The notes below the pieces were generated by a model. The model saw only the letters and a list, made by a program, of their open reading frames with translations, had not been told where the DNA came from and did no database searches. DNA of 64,000 bases from an uncultured Clostridium sp. (GTDB lineage: Bacteria > Bacillota > Clostridia > TANB77 > CAG-508), in the NCBI GenBank assembly GCA_900553755.1, contig USEX01000001.1, forward strand, positions 29,463 through 93,462, given 5' to 3'. Position numbers and translations under genes: made by a program. Position 1 is the stretch's first letter; each line of letters opens with the position of its first letter. This document shows positions 31,401 through 41,860 of the stretch, piece after piece.

Positions 31401-34400
31401 TATTTCATTTGCTTGAATGTCTTTTGGCATAACCTTTTTCAAACTATCTACATTGATTTGAAATTCTGGATGTGTCAAAGCAAATTCTTCAGCTATTTTC
31501 AATTTTTCTCTTACATTTCCTGATAAATATTCATCGGAAGTATAGAATGTACCTCTATGAAGCGGGTCTTCATAAATTACTCCTTCAAGTTCTTTTATTA
31601 TTGTTTCTTTATCTTTATTAGTTAATTCAGACATATAATCTAAATCAACTCTTGCTTTTTCTGACATTGAAACAATTAATGCTTCATCGCTTGTCGAAAC
31701 CTCTTTAATTTCCTTATACGGCTTAATTGTTCTTTTTGTAAACATATCTGCTTTTCGTACAAATTTTCCTTCGCCATCTAACACTTCTAAAGAACATAAA
31801 AGAAAATAACTACTATCCTCAGAAAAGGCTAAATTATTTCCTCTACTATTAATTAGTCCGTATTGTTTTACAAAATTATCATACAATCTATTTAATCTTA
31901 ATTGCTCTTGTTTTATATTTTCTTCAGGATAATCCTCTGTCTGCATATCTATTAGTGTTCTAACGCAATCTCGAAGTTCTATCATTCCTTTTATTCTATT
32001 TACAGAAGTAACAGGGAGTTCTTGTAAATACATTTTACTATTTTCTCTAAAATATATATTTCCATCTTTTATTGTATAAGAAAAATTTCTAACACTTGGA
32101 TCAGCATTAATAAATTTTTCATCTTCTTCTATATCATCTATTTCATATTCACTAATTTCAGCATGAATATTAGTTATTGCATAGTCTAATTGATTTTCAA
32201 GAGGTATATCATTATTGGGAATACATGTTGAATCTAATCCATATTGTGTAGTTTTCATTTCCATTGTTCCTAAAACCATTTCAGGGTTATCTACAAAGTA
32301 CTTATTCATTTTTATTCCATTATCATTAGTATCAAGATAAACCCAATCTGGTTCATTATTTGTCATATTTTCTCTTTTTTGTAGAAATAAAATGTCAGAT
32401 GTTACCTCCGTACCTGCATTCTTAGAAAATGTGTTGTTGGGTAATCTAATTGCACCAAGCAAATCAGCTCTTTGTGCTATATATCTTCTTACAGTGGGAT
32501 TTTCCTTATCCATTGTTCCTTTTGAAGTTATAAATGCAATTATTCCTCCAGGTCTTACCTTATCTAAAGTTTTTCCAAAGAAATAATCATGAATTAAAAA
32601 ATTGTTTTTGTCGTATTTTTTGTCATGTATTTTAAAATCTCCGAACGGAACATTGCCAACAGCAACATCAAAGAAACTATCTGGCAAATCAACTTTTTCA
32701 TAACCATTAATAGTAATATTTGATTTTTGATATAATTGTCTAGCAATTCTTCCTGATATAGGATCTACTTCTATTCCATACAATTTACTTTCATTCATAG
32801 AATCAGGAATACTACCTAAGAAGTTTCCTGTACCACAACTAGGCTCTAGTATATTAGCATTCTTTACTCCCATATTTTCAAGTGCTTTATATATAGATTT
32901 AATTACTATTGGTGGTGTATAAAAAGCTGTCAATGTTGACGCTCTCGCATTTTTATATTCTTCTTCAGAAAGTAAATCCTTTAAAACTTTATATTCATTT
33001 GACCAGTTTGAGTCTTTATCATCAAATGCTTTTGCAAGTCCACCCCATCCAACATATTTAGATAAAATTTCTTGTTCTTCTTTAGTTGCTAGTCTATTTT
33101 CATCTTCGCATTTTTTTAGAACTTTTATAGCCTCAATATTATTTGAAAATCTTTCTCTTGGTGTACCCACTCCTAAATTATCATCAGTTATTTTGTAATT
33201 TATTCTGTCTATATTAGATATTTCTGGTGAACTATTATAAGTTTCTCTTTTATTTTCTTTTGTATCAAATTTTGGCTCTATAATATTTGATTTTTTTATT
33301 TCATCAATTATTTCATTAAAATCTTGTTGCAATTCCTCATTATTGTCTTCTGCACTTTTAACTTGTTCTAGATAATCTATAAGTTCTTCTTTTCCATCTA
33401 AATCTTCTTTTACTTGTTCAATTGTATTTTCTTCTCTATCAAAGATATCGTACTTATTTTCTAAATCAAGTAGTTTTTCATCTAAAGATTTATTTTCAAT
33501 AGTTGTCTCTTTTTCTTCTGCCTTTTCTCTTGTCTTATATAAGTGTGAGTTCGAAGGATTTTCTTTTATTATTTTTTCAAATTCTTCAATTGACATTTCT
33601 CTGCCTAGTAATGGAAATTTCAAATCATAAAGTTGAACATTCATTACACCAATATTAGATATTTCATAGCTATCACTGCCAATATAAACTATATCTCCTA
33701 GATGGTAATCTAAAACTTTTTCAACTGGTATTTCTTTAATACTTTCTATTTTTTCTTTAGCATCATTATCTAACCATGCAAGGTATTCATCAAATTCTTT
33801 AGAATTTAAGTATCTGTCTGCTAAAATTAACTCTTTTAATCTTTTTTCTACATAGTTCCATGTCAATAATTTTTCTGGTCTATCATCTTTAAATCCTTTA
33901 TATAATAAAATTCCCTTACTATCATGTTGTTGTCCAAAATCTGCGTAACTATATGCTGCACTTGAGCCACCAATACCATATTCATGTTTAAGAAAATCAA
34001 TATTTTCTTTTGCTGACATGCTTGAAGTCATTTGTCTAAATATTCTAAATTTTCCCTTTGCAAATCCACTACCATTTTGCAAAGTTCTGTCTATCATTTC
34101 TTGTGTGAATTCAAAAATAGCAGGTATATCATTATTTGATATATCTGCTATTTTTTGCTTTTGTTCTTCTTCTGATATTAAATTTAATTGTAGATTAGTT
34201 CCTGAATTGTTATCTCCTCTGCCATATTCCTTAAATTGTTCATTATCTGAACCCACTTCATTTGGTCTTGTGCTTTCATTTCTTCTGTTATATTCGCTTT
34301 TTTCATTAAATCTTTCATTATTGTTTCTATTCGTTCTGTCGCCGATTTTTGAATTTCTACTAGATGACTTGTAAGTTCGTTTTTCATTAGTAAAGCCATA

Positions 34401-35369
34401 TATAAACCTTTTTTCTGTTCCTTCAGATAATTTAACCTCATGTGATAATATTTGCCCTGAACTTGATTCTCGTTTGTTTCCTTTATCATAAGATTCGGTA
34501 TCTGATAATCTCCTTCTTGTCTGTATGTTAATTCCATAATCAACACTCCTTTCGTTTTCTTTGATTATATTATTATCTAATTTTTCTTTTTCTGCAAATG
34601 TATGATTTTTAATTTTTTCTTGAGTTTGCAATTTTTTAATTGTTTGATGTATTTCTCTTATATTATTTTCTGCAATATCACTTGTTGCTGCTCCTAATCT
34701 TGAAATTGTTTCTAAAGTGTTGAAATCTACTATACCTCTAAAATCATCAATTGAGAAATAATCAAATGGATTTATACCACATCTTTGCATAGTCATATAT
34801 GCTACACTATTTGATAATAATGTTCTAAATCTTGTTTCAATATTAAAGTCATCTAAATCTTCTAAAAAACTATTATCTTTTGCAACTATTAAGTCGCTTA
34901 AATAATCTTGAATATTATCTTCAACAGAATTATAAGAAGCGGATATTATTGCTTCTGCTAAATTTGATTTATTTTCTAATTCTCCAAATCTAGCTTCTAA
35001 TGAATCAATTAAGTCATTATTATATTTATCTTCGATTTTCCATAAGTTTAACTTCGTCCCAGTATAATTGTGTGTATCTGAAACATCAAAAACATGTCTC
35101 AGTCTAGTGTTACCATTTTCTTCACTAAGTAATGCTATTCCTTTTGCACCTTTATTAACCCATCTTTTAACTTTATTATTCCAGGTTTCAATATCAGCAC
35201 AAGCAGTAGCTTCTGGTTTTTGCACAAAAATTAATACTTGCTCTGCAAAATTGTACTTATAATTATTTGAAGCCGTTATCAAAAAAGAAGCCCAATTTTC
35301 TGGACTTCTGCTTATCTCTGAAAGTGTTTCATTATATAAATTTACAATGTTTTGTAATTTCGAAGGCAT
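28419..35369 (-). CDS. Giant (2316 aa) multidomain protein: ArdC_N-like ssDNA-binding domain + N6-adenine DNA methyltransferase + SF2 (SNF2/DEAH) helicase; phage P1 DarB-like antirestriction methylase-helicase
   Basis: The N-terminus VLIFVQKPEATACADIETWNNKVKRWVNKGAKGIALL is the ArdC N-domain pattern. MTase motif I is ILEPSCGTGNFLG and motif IV is DVAVGNVPFGDF. Helicase motif I is LLAHEVGAGKTFEM, motif II is LFVDEAHNFKN and motif VI is LTQRNGRGIRQGN. The real start is probably the second ATG (MPSKLQ) at 35369, with RBS AGGAGG 7 nt upstream. Confidence 0.8.
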   Translation of the reverse strand: MPSKLQNIVNLYNETLSEISRSPENWASFLITASNNYKYNFAEQVLIFVQKPEATACADIETWNNKVKRWVNKGAKGIALLSEENGNTRLRHVFDVSDTHNYTGTKLNLWKIEDKYNNDLIDSLEARFGELENKSNLAEAIISASYNSVEDNIQDYLSDLIVAKDNSFLEDLDDFNIETRFRTLLSNSVAYMTMQRCGINPFDYFSIDDFRGIVDFNTLETISRLGAATSDIAENNIREIHQTIKKLQTQEKIKNHTFAEKEKLDNNIIKENERSVDYGINIQTRRRLSDTESYDKGNKRESSSGQILSHEVKLSEGTEKRFIYGFTNEKRTYKSSSRNSKIGDRTNRNNNERFNEKSEYNRRNESTRPNEVGSDNEQFKEYGRGDNNSGTNLQLNLISEEEQKQKIADISNNDIPAIFEFTQEMIDRTLQNGSGFAKGKFRIFRQMTSSMSAKENIDFLKHEYGIGGSSAAYSYADFGQQHDSKGILLYKGFKDDRPEKLLTWNYVEKRLKELILADRYLNSKEFDEYLAWLDNDAKEKIESIKEIPVEKVLDYHLGDIVYIGSDSYEISNIGVMNVQLYDLKFPLLGREMSIEEFEKIIKENPSNSHLYKTREKAEEKETTIENKSLDEKLLDLENKYDIFDREENTIEQVKEDLDGKEELIDYLEQVKSAEDNNEELQQDFNEIIDEIKKSNIIEPKFDTKENKRETYNSSPEISNIDRINYKITDDNLGVGTPRERFSNNIEAIKVLKKCEDENRLATKEEQEILSKYVGWGGLAKAFDDKDSNWSNEYKVLKDLLSEEEYKNARASTLTAFYTPPIVIKSIYKALENMGVKNANILEPSCGTGNFLGSIPDSMNESKLYGIEVDPISGRIARQLYQKSNITINGYEKVDLPDSFFDVAVGNVPFGDFKIHDKKYDKNNFLIHDYFFGKTLDKVRPGGIIAFITSKGTMDKENPTVRRYIAQRADLLGAIRLPNNTFSKNAGTEVTSDILFLQKRENMTNNEPDWVYLDTNDNGIKMNKYFVDNPEMVLGTMEMKTTQYGLDSTCIPNNDIPLENQLDYAITNIHAEISEYEIDDIEEDEKFINADPSVRNFSYTIKDGNIYFRENSKMYLQELPVTSVNRIKGMIELRDCVRTLIDMQTEDYPEENIKQEQLRLNRLYDNFVKQYGLINSRGNNLAFSEDSSYFLLCSLEVLDGEGKFVRKADMFTKRTIKPYKEIKEVSTSDEALIVSMSEKARVDLDYMSELTNKDKETIIKELEGVIYEDPLHRGTFYTSDEYLSGNVREKLKIAEEFALTHPEFQINVDSLKKVMPKDIQANEIGIKLGATWIPEEIIRQFMFELLDTPVYATWDIKVRYSKYNSEWYIENKSRDRSNVKAYKTYGTDRINAYKIIETTLNLKDVKIFDTIIDEEGRKTRVLNKKETAIAQSKQEQIKAAFEEWVWKDTNRREQLTKIYNEKFNSIRPREYDGSNLNFVGMNPEIKLRKHQVNAIAHILYGGNTLLAHEVGAGKTFEMVAAAMESKRLGLCNKSLFVVPNHIIEQFASEFLQLYPSANILVATKKDFQTANRKKFCSRIATGDYDAVVIGHSQFEKIPMSVERQKEMLEKQINDVLNGIDEVKRNRGENFTIKQLEKTRKGLESKLEKLNNQDGKDDVVTFEQLGVDKLFVDEAHNFKNLFLYTKMRNVGGIAQTEAQKSSDLYMKCRYLDELTGGKGTVFATGTPVSNSMVELYTMQRYLQYNGLEKMGLDFFDSWASTFGETVTAIELSPEGTGYRAKTRFAKFHNLPELMNLFKEIADIQTAETLNLPVPKANFKNIVTKPSAIQKDMVEELGNRAERIRNGMVDAAKDNMLKITNEGRKLALDQRLMNDMLEDDPYSKVNTCINNVYDIWNNTKENKSTQLVFCDLSTPKQNEELLDENGNYKFTDVYNDIRRKLVLKGIPREQVAFIHEADNEVKKKELFSKVRNGDVRVLIGSTSKMGAGTNVQDRLIALHHLDCPWRPADLTQRNGRGIRQGNRNEEIDVYTYVTEGTFDAYLYQLVENKQKFISQIMTSKTPVRVAEDVDEKALSYGEIKALATGNPDILEKTELDTAVAKLKLLKQSFMGEKYDLQDRIAKYYPKEIKRLEDKIVALENDTKHLKDYTKINENEFSPMVINNVTFNEKAKAGQAILDACNNKKNADLEYIGNYRGFNLELEYDRFSKLFKLKIKNEYSYYIELGNDVHGNIQRIDNCLEKISEQIEPTKAQLENEKVQLANAEKEVQKEFPQEQELQEKQKRLDELNIKLNLNEKEHELLDNDIDDEKSQNYKDNRER

Positions 35370-35371
35370 TA

Positions 35372-35626
35372 TCATTCCTCCTTTCCTTTATTTCCTGAAA
35401 AAAATTCTATAATCCCATTTTTTATATTTCTTCTTTTATTTGTTTTATAGTTTTCTTCAATAACAACCTTAAAATCCATTATTAAACTTTTCTCAAAAGG
35501 GGAAAAATCTCCAATGGAGTCTAAATCTTGCCATTTTATATTAATCAATTTTTCAGTTGTATTGATGTTATATTTAAATAATTTTTCTAAAGTTTTTGTT
35601 ATATCATTCATCTTATAAACTGCCAT
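35372..35626 (-). CDS. Hypothetical protein (84 aa), translationally coupled upstream of the giant gene
   Basis: Its stop overlaps the giant-gene start. RBS AAGGAGG is upstream. Confidence 0.4.
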   Translation of the reverse strand: MAVYKMNDITKTLEKLFKYNINTTEKLINIKWQDLDSIGDFSPFEKSLIMDFKVVIEENYKTNKRRNIKNGIIEFFSGNKGKEE

Positions 35627-35646
35627 TTAATTTCCTCCTTATTTTA

Positions 35647-35670
35647 AAAGTGGCTATTTTTCAAGCCACT
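35647..35670 (-). terminator. Hairpin (AAGTGGCT...AGCCACTT) between adhesin gene stop and next RBS; weak terminator/attenuator
   Basis: A 7-8-bp stem is followed on the minus strand by a UUUUAAAAU tract. Confidence 0.35.
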
Positions 35671-35675
35671 CTAAT

Positions 35676-38600
35676 TTAATTTTTAAATTTTTTTAATCCC
35701 AAGAAAACTAAAACTGCAAGCAATAAGCTTGATATAATTAAAACCTTAATCCAAACTCCAATATTACTATCATCTCCAGTTTTTGGTGTTTCAATTTTTT
35801 CGTTTTCAAATTCAAAACTGTAAATACAATTTTCGTCTTCACTAATTAAGTTGTCATTAATATATACACCTTTGTCATTAATATCAACTTTTACAACTTG
35901 TTCGGATAAAGAGTATCCTGATGGAGCTTTTATCTCTTTAATGTAATATGTACCATATTTTAATTCTTCAAATAAAGCTGTTCCATCTTCTTTATTAGAT
36001 TTTACTTCTTTTATTAGCATTGTACATTCTGGATCTTCATAAATAGCAAATATAAATTTGTCTTTAATAGTTTCTTTAGTTTCAGAATCTATTTTAACTA
36101 TTTTAATGTTTTTTAATATTGGCATATCTTTCATTTCTATTTTTTGAGTTTCTTTTTCAGTTGTAACTATAAATTTTATTTCTTCCGTAATTTCATAACC
36201 ATAAGGAGCTGTTGTCTCTCTTAAAATATAAGTTTTACCTTCTTCTAATCCTTTTACTTGATGTGGTTCTTTAGTAGAAATCCACTTATCTATTATATTT
36301 CCATCTTCATCAATTACCTCTAATTCAGCACCCTCAAGCTCATTTCCATTTGTTAAATCGGTTTTAGTAATTTCTACTAATTTATCAATCATAATTATTT
36401 TTTGATTATTTTTGTCTGTTGTAACTTTAAATTCTATATCAGATGCTTTTACATAGTTTCCTACTGCTAATTCTTCATGTAATTTGTAGGTTTTATTTTC
36501 TTCTAATCCTGTGACTTTATGAGGTTCTTTTCCAGAAATCCATTCTTCAATTAAATTTCCGTCTTCATCTAATACTTGTAATTTTGCCCCCTCAATTTCT
36601 ATACCAGAAATATCTTCTTTTGAAATTTCTACTATTTTATCTATCATTGTTACCTTCTGTATCTCTTTTGTATTTTCTATTGTAAATTTTACGTCTGAAG
36701 ATATCACATAATTCTTTGGTGCTATTTCTTCTTTTAGTATATATTCTTTTCCTATTACAAGACCTTCAATTTTATGTGTATTTTCTGATGAAGTCCAAGT
36801 ATCTATAACATTATTGTCACTATCTAATATTGTAAGCTTAGCTCCTACAAGTTCTCCATTTCCTGTGATATCAGTCTTAGAAAATTCTACAATAGTAGTA
36901 TCATTAGAAATATTTAAATCCTCAGTATATACTTTTGTAGTTAGGTCTTTTTGCTCGAATATTATTTCATATTTTTTATCATTTAACACAAGACCATCTA
37001 AAGTCTTTACTTCTACAATCTCATATTTTCCCATTGGGAGATTAGTAATTGTTAATTTTCCATCTTTTGTTAGTTTGTATTTATTTATTTCTTGACCTTT
37101 ATTATAGATTATACTGCCATCTGCTTTATCTAAAATGTCTTCTTTAGATAATAGTTTAAATTCGATACCAGATAAGTCTGATATATCAATTAAAGAAGTA
37201 TCTGCATCTTCTCTTAATGCAATAGTTTTATTTAGTTTTATTGTTCCCGTTGGCTGTTTATTTGCTATTACAACTTCTTTTATAAAATCTCCATCTGTAT
37301 CAGTGTCGTAATCCTTTACATTTTTTATATCAAATATTACTGCACTATCTAATTGCAAAAAACCATCTGGAACTTTTATTTCTTTTATTTCATAACTACC
37401 AACAGGTAATTTTAAAGGTGTTGTAACTTCTGCACAATTATCATTTTTGCTATTATACGAATTAGTAGGAACTACAATATTGTCGGCATTAGTTGTAAAA
37501 GATGTATATGTTGTATTTCCAACTTTTTGAGATATAGTTTCACCCTTTTTAAATAATATCTTTTTTGTTGCTCTATCATATATATCCTTAGTAGCTTTTA
37601 TTTCAAAAGTTGTTGAATTTAATGTTACATTTTTTTCAGTATTTTTGTCTTTTTTCACAAGTTTAATATATGTTTCTAATTGTTCATTGTTTACTACTAA
37701 ATGCTTTGTTTTCTTAGCAATTTCGTTTATTTCTGTTTCATCATCTGTAATGCTGAATGTAAAATCAACTGCTGATTCATAATCTGTTGGTGTTTTTGTT
37801 TCTTTTACAACAAATTTACCATAAGGCAACTTATTTTGAGTATAGGCGTTTCCATCACTATCAGTTTTAATTACTTCGTATGTTGGTGCTATTGCTTGAG
37901 CTTCTGTGACTCTCTTAATATCAACTCCTACTTTGTTTCCATATTCATCAATTCCATTCCATACTTCAGCATAAGTATAGCCTTGTTGATATGCTTTCTC
38001 TACTGCTGAGTTTAATTTAATTGTAAATTCTGCTCCTTCTAGTCCAGGAGTTTCTCCTGAATTTTCTTTTATACCAGATTTAAAAATGTGAACTCCCATT
38101 TCTTTGACTTTTTCTAAACTTGTTATAGTATTGTAAATTACTTTTGTATATTGGTCTTTATATGTTAAATTAACCTCATATTCTTTTGAATCTAGCATAT
38201 ATCCTAAAGGTGCTGTTTCCTCTTTAACCATATATTTTCCTAATGGTAAGTTTGTTATATCTTCAGTTGTTCCTTTTTCATTTATGGTTCTAGTTGCAAC
38301 TAAATCTCCAGCTGAAAAGAATTTTTTAGTTTTGGCTTTATTATATATATCTTCTTTTGCATATATTTTATATACTGCTCCATTAAATGAAGCATCTCCT
38401 TGTGGTATAGAACCTGTTTTTGAATCCTTTTTTACAATAGTTATTGTTGCTGTAGGTTCCTCATCAACAATGTCTTTTACATCTAAATATACAATCTTTG
38501 TTGTTTGGTCTTTATATTTTAAATTTGCATCGTATTCTTTTTCATTTAATAGATATCCTTCTGGTGCACTTGTTTCTTTTACATAGTAATGTCCTAAATG

Positions 38601-39931
38601 TAAGTTTGAAAATCTGACCATTCCTTCATCATCAGTAACGGCTTTTTTTACTAATTCTCCTTTTTTATACCATGTAATTGTACCTGCAACATTTTTTATA
38701 TCTTCTTTTGCATATAAAGATATTTCTGCTCCTTTTAGTTTGTCACTTATATTATTTGTTTTATATACTTTTATTTCTCCAATAGGTTCTTCATTGACTA
38801 TTGCTTTAGTAGCTATTTGATTTACTTTTACTTCAACATCATAAGAGTTTGTATCTATAAGATAACCATAAGGAACAGATATTTCTTTTATTGTATATGT
38901 TCCTTTTTTTAATTTTTCAATAGTTATTTTACCATTTGTAACAGTTACATCTTTATCATAATCATTTGGACCTCTAACATTAAATACTGCTCCATTTATT
39001 AAATCTCCGTTAGTATTTAATTTTTGTAGTTCTACTTTTCCAAATGATTCAATATTTAATGAAAGATTTAATGTTACTGGATCATTATAATTCATACAAT
39101 AAAATTGATTTTGAGCACCTGATGGAAACTCAAAATATACCATTGTGTCATTATCTTCTGTTCCATTCTTTAACATACCCCATTCTAAAAATGTACTGTC
39201 AGATACTCTATAGTTTTGTAAATCAGTATTTTCATCTACTGAAATAGTCATAGAATTACTTCCATTTTGATGAATAAATCTTATTCCATCTTTTGTATTA
39301 TCTATTGTTCCATATTCTGCAAGAACACCATTTAAATCCGTTATAGTTTTACTTTCTCCAGCTTGAATTGTAATTGTTGTACCATTAAAGCTAGGTCTTG
39401 TTTCGATACTAGCAATTTCACTATTTATTCTGTTTTTAAAATCTACATAGCCTTGTTGCTCGTCTGCTTTAATAAATGTAGCTGTACTTTGTCCAAGTGT
39501 TTCCCAAATGAATTGTTGAGTAAATACATAATCCCATTTAACCCATTTCATATCACTTGCTAAAATTCCACCATCTACGGTATAGCCTCCATTATTTTTA
39601 TACCACCCTAAATAAGCTATTTTACATGCTTTTCTTATGTTTGAATCAGTAGGTGTGTAATAAATTCCATTGTATGATGTACCAGTTTTGAAATCTACTC
39701 CATGTTCTGCACAAAATACTGTTCTTTTTTCTCCTGTTTTTAAATTATTCAATCTTCTAATTAAAACTCCTGTTGTTCCACTAACATTATCTGTTGTTTC
39801 CATTCCTGAAGCATATTGAGCTCCAGACCATGTTCCACTTCCTGATGCAGCAAAAACTGGTTGAACAACATTAAATAATGTAAAGAATAACATTATAGTT
39901 GAAATAATTTTATTTAATTTCTTTTTTTTCA
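35676..39931 (-). CDS. Sortase-anchored surface adhesin (1418 aa): signal peptide, many Cna-B/prealbumin-like repeat domains, C-terminal PKTG sorting signal + TM + basic tail
   Basis: The real start is MKKKKLNKIISTIMLFFTLF at 39931, with RBS GGAGGT 6 nt upstream; the tracked ORF has 14 extra codons. Repeated motifs of Cna-B stalk domains are present (GxYxIKExxAPxGY, YEIKEIKVPDGF). The C-terminus is ETPKTGDDSNIGVWIKVLIISSLLLAVLVFLGLKKFKN. Confidence 0.8.
36120..36893. repeat. Three diverged tandem ~255-bp (85-aa) repeats inside the adhesin gene
   Basis: The protein repeats are ...DITGNGELVGAKLTILDSDNNVIDTWTSSENTHKIEGL..., ...DISGIEIEGAKLQVLDEDGNLIEEWISGKEPHKVTGL... and ...DLTNGNELEGAELEVIDEDGNIIDKWISTKEPHQVKGL.... 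Confidence 0.7.
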
Positions 39932-40002
39932 TTTTTACCTCCATCTTGAAACAAAAAAAGAACAAGCATTTCACTTGTTCTCAAAGTCTCATATATATTA
40001 TT

Positions 40003-40713
40003 TTAATTATAGTAAAGGTTTATAGTCCATTTTCCACAATAAGGACAGCTCCAATCTTCGTATCCATAAGGGCAATTTTTATGATAAGATTCATCGTCTA
40101 TCTCAAAATTCTCCCACTTATCTCCCCATATTTTTATAATTGAATTATAATAAGCAACTGCTTCTGACTCATTATTGAACCACTTTCCAGAATTTCCCGT
40201 TTCAACTTTATGATTATTTCCACTACACTTTGGAGTTTCGTTTTCTTGCTCTATTGTTTCAATTTTCGTTTGCTCCTGCTTTTGTTTTGGCATTTCTTGT
40301 TTTTGTGTATCTTTCGGAATTGTTGTGGTAATAATAGATTCTTCTTTTTCAGATGATAAATTTTCTAGATTCTTATCTTGTGTTTCCTTAATTGTCTGCT
40401 TTGGTGTTACTATTTCCTCTTTTTTAGGTTCTGAAATAGTTATAATTTTTATTTCTTCTCTATCATTCTCATTGTCTATCTTTTCTTGTAAAATATTGTT
40501 TTCATCAATAATTGCATCATTGATTATCTCACTATTTTCAACTAATTCAACATTTTTTGTTTGTCCATCACAAATTATATTCTCATTTGAAACTTCTTGC
40601 ATATAATTTTCTTGATTAGGCTTTTCAAAGCAATTTAGCCCTATTCCAGTCAAAATCATTGTAAAAATTAATCCTGAAGATATTATGATATATTTTAAAT
40701 TCATAAAAATCAC
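40003..40713 (-). CDS. Secreted/membrane-anchored protein with Glu/Lys-rich linker and Cys-rich C-terminal domain
   Basis: It has an N-terminal signal/TM segment IISSGLIFTMILTGIGLNC and a C-terminal segment CSGNNHK...CPYGYEDWSCPYCGKW. Confidence 0.4.
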   Translation of the reverse strand: MIFMNLKYIIISSGLIFTMILTGIGLNCFEKPNQENYMQEVSNENIICDGQTKNVELVENSEIINDAIIDENNILQEKIDNENDREEIKIITISEPKKEEIVTPKQTIKETQDKNLENLSSEKEESIITTTIPKDTQKQEMPKQKQEQTKIETIEQENETPKCSGNNHKVETGNSGKWFNNESEAVAYYNSIIKIWGDKWENFEIDDESYHKNCPYGYEDWSCPYCGKWTINLYYN

Positions 40714-40909
40714 TCTCCTTCTAATTTCATTTTACTTTGATTCAATGAACCAGACAAATGTGTAAATTATAAAAACATTATTTTACCACCTCGCTTTTAT
40801 TTATTATATATTTTAATTATTATATTACTTTTCAGATAGTATAGATAGTTATATTAAAGGGGATTGTAAGGGGGAACTCTTGGAAAAAGTACACACACTT
40901 GTTACATAA

Positions 40910-41860
40910 CTATCTTTCCAAAGCTCTTTTTTTGGCTCTTTCTCTCTGATTATGTTCTTGTACACACATAAATATAAAGTCTTCTTTTTCCTGATTAGTT
41001 TTTATATTTTTGGGAAACTCAGCTTCAAATCTATCTGCATTAAATTTCAACTTTTCAATTTGATTTGGCTTTTCTTGACTCATTAATTCTTCAATTTTAT
41101 CAGCGTCCAATTTTCCTTCTTGTTCTAGTTTTTTCATGTGTATTGCTTGTGCTAAGCTTGGAGTAATATCAGAAAATTGCATAACATCTAATAATACATA
41201 TTGATTATCTTCACTTAGATAGGATATTTCAACGGCAGGTCTAAATGCTATTTTCTTTTCATCAACCATGTCTAAAATTTCTGGTATCAGTTCAGTTAGT
41301 CTTATGTATCTTCTAATTTGCTCTCTGCTTTCTCCTGATTCTTCAGCTATCCTTTCTCTTGAAGTCATATTATCAGACTTCTGCACCACTGGTGCCGAAG
41401 TTAAATCTTTTCTTTCTCCTTGTCTTTTTATTGCTTCTAATTTCATTTTGTAAGCAAAAGCCTTTTCACTTGGCAATACTTCTTCTCTTTGATTTTCATT
41501 ACTATCTACCATTAGAATTGTAGCTTCTTCATCTGTTAAGTCCTTAATAATAGCAAGTATATCTTCTTTTCCTGCTAATTCACTTGCTCTTTTTCTTCTA
41601 TGACCTGAAATCATTTCATATCTTCCATTTTCCTTTTTTCGAACTATAACTGGTTGTGAAACACCATATTCTTTAATGCTTTCGCTTAATTCTTGCATTT
41701 TTTCGTTATCAACAACTTTATAGGGATGGTTAGGAAAATCATCTATTTCACTTAATGGTATTGGTATAACATATTCTTCTGCATCTCTTTCAGTTTGTGT
41801 TGTAAACAAATCATCTAGCGATATCTTTGGTAATTCCATTCTTTTGTCTTTGTCTGTCAT
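40910..41860 (-). CDS. parB: ParB/Spo0J-family partition protein
   Basis: The ParB N-domain box is VIVRKKENGRYEMISGHRRKRASELAG. The likely start is MTDKDK at 41860, with RBS AGGAGGTG upstream. Confidence 0.8.
   Translation of the reverse strand: MTDKDKRMELPKISLDDLFTTQTERDAEEYVIPIPLSEIDDFPNHPYKVVDNEKMQELSESIKEYGVSQPVIVRKKENGRYEMISGHRRKRASELAGKEDILAIIKDLTDEEATILMVDSNENQREEVLPSEKAFAYKMKLEAIKRQGERKDLTSAPVVQKSDNMTSRERIAEESGESREQIRRYIRLTELIPEILDMVDEKKIAFRPAVEISYLSEDNQYVLLDVMQFSDITPSLAQAIHMKKLEQEGKLDADKIEELMSQEKPNQIEKLKFNADRFEAEFPKNIKTNQEKEDFIFMCVQEHNQRERAKKRALER

Noticed and set aside
34184-34546. 120-aa minus-strand ORF inside the giant gene
   Set aside because: It is an alternative frame within the 2316-aa CDS, and the main frame has coherent methyltransferase/helicase motifs.
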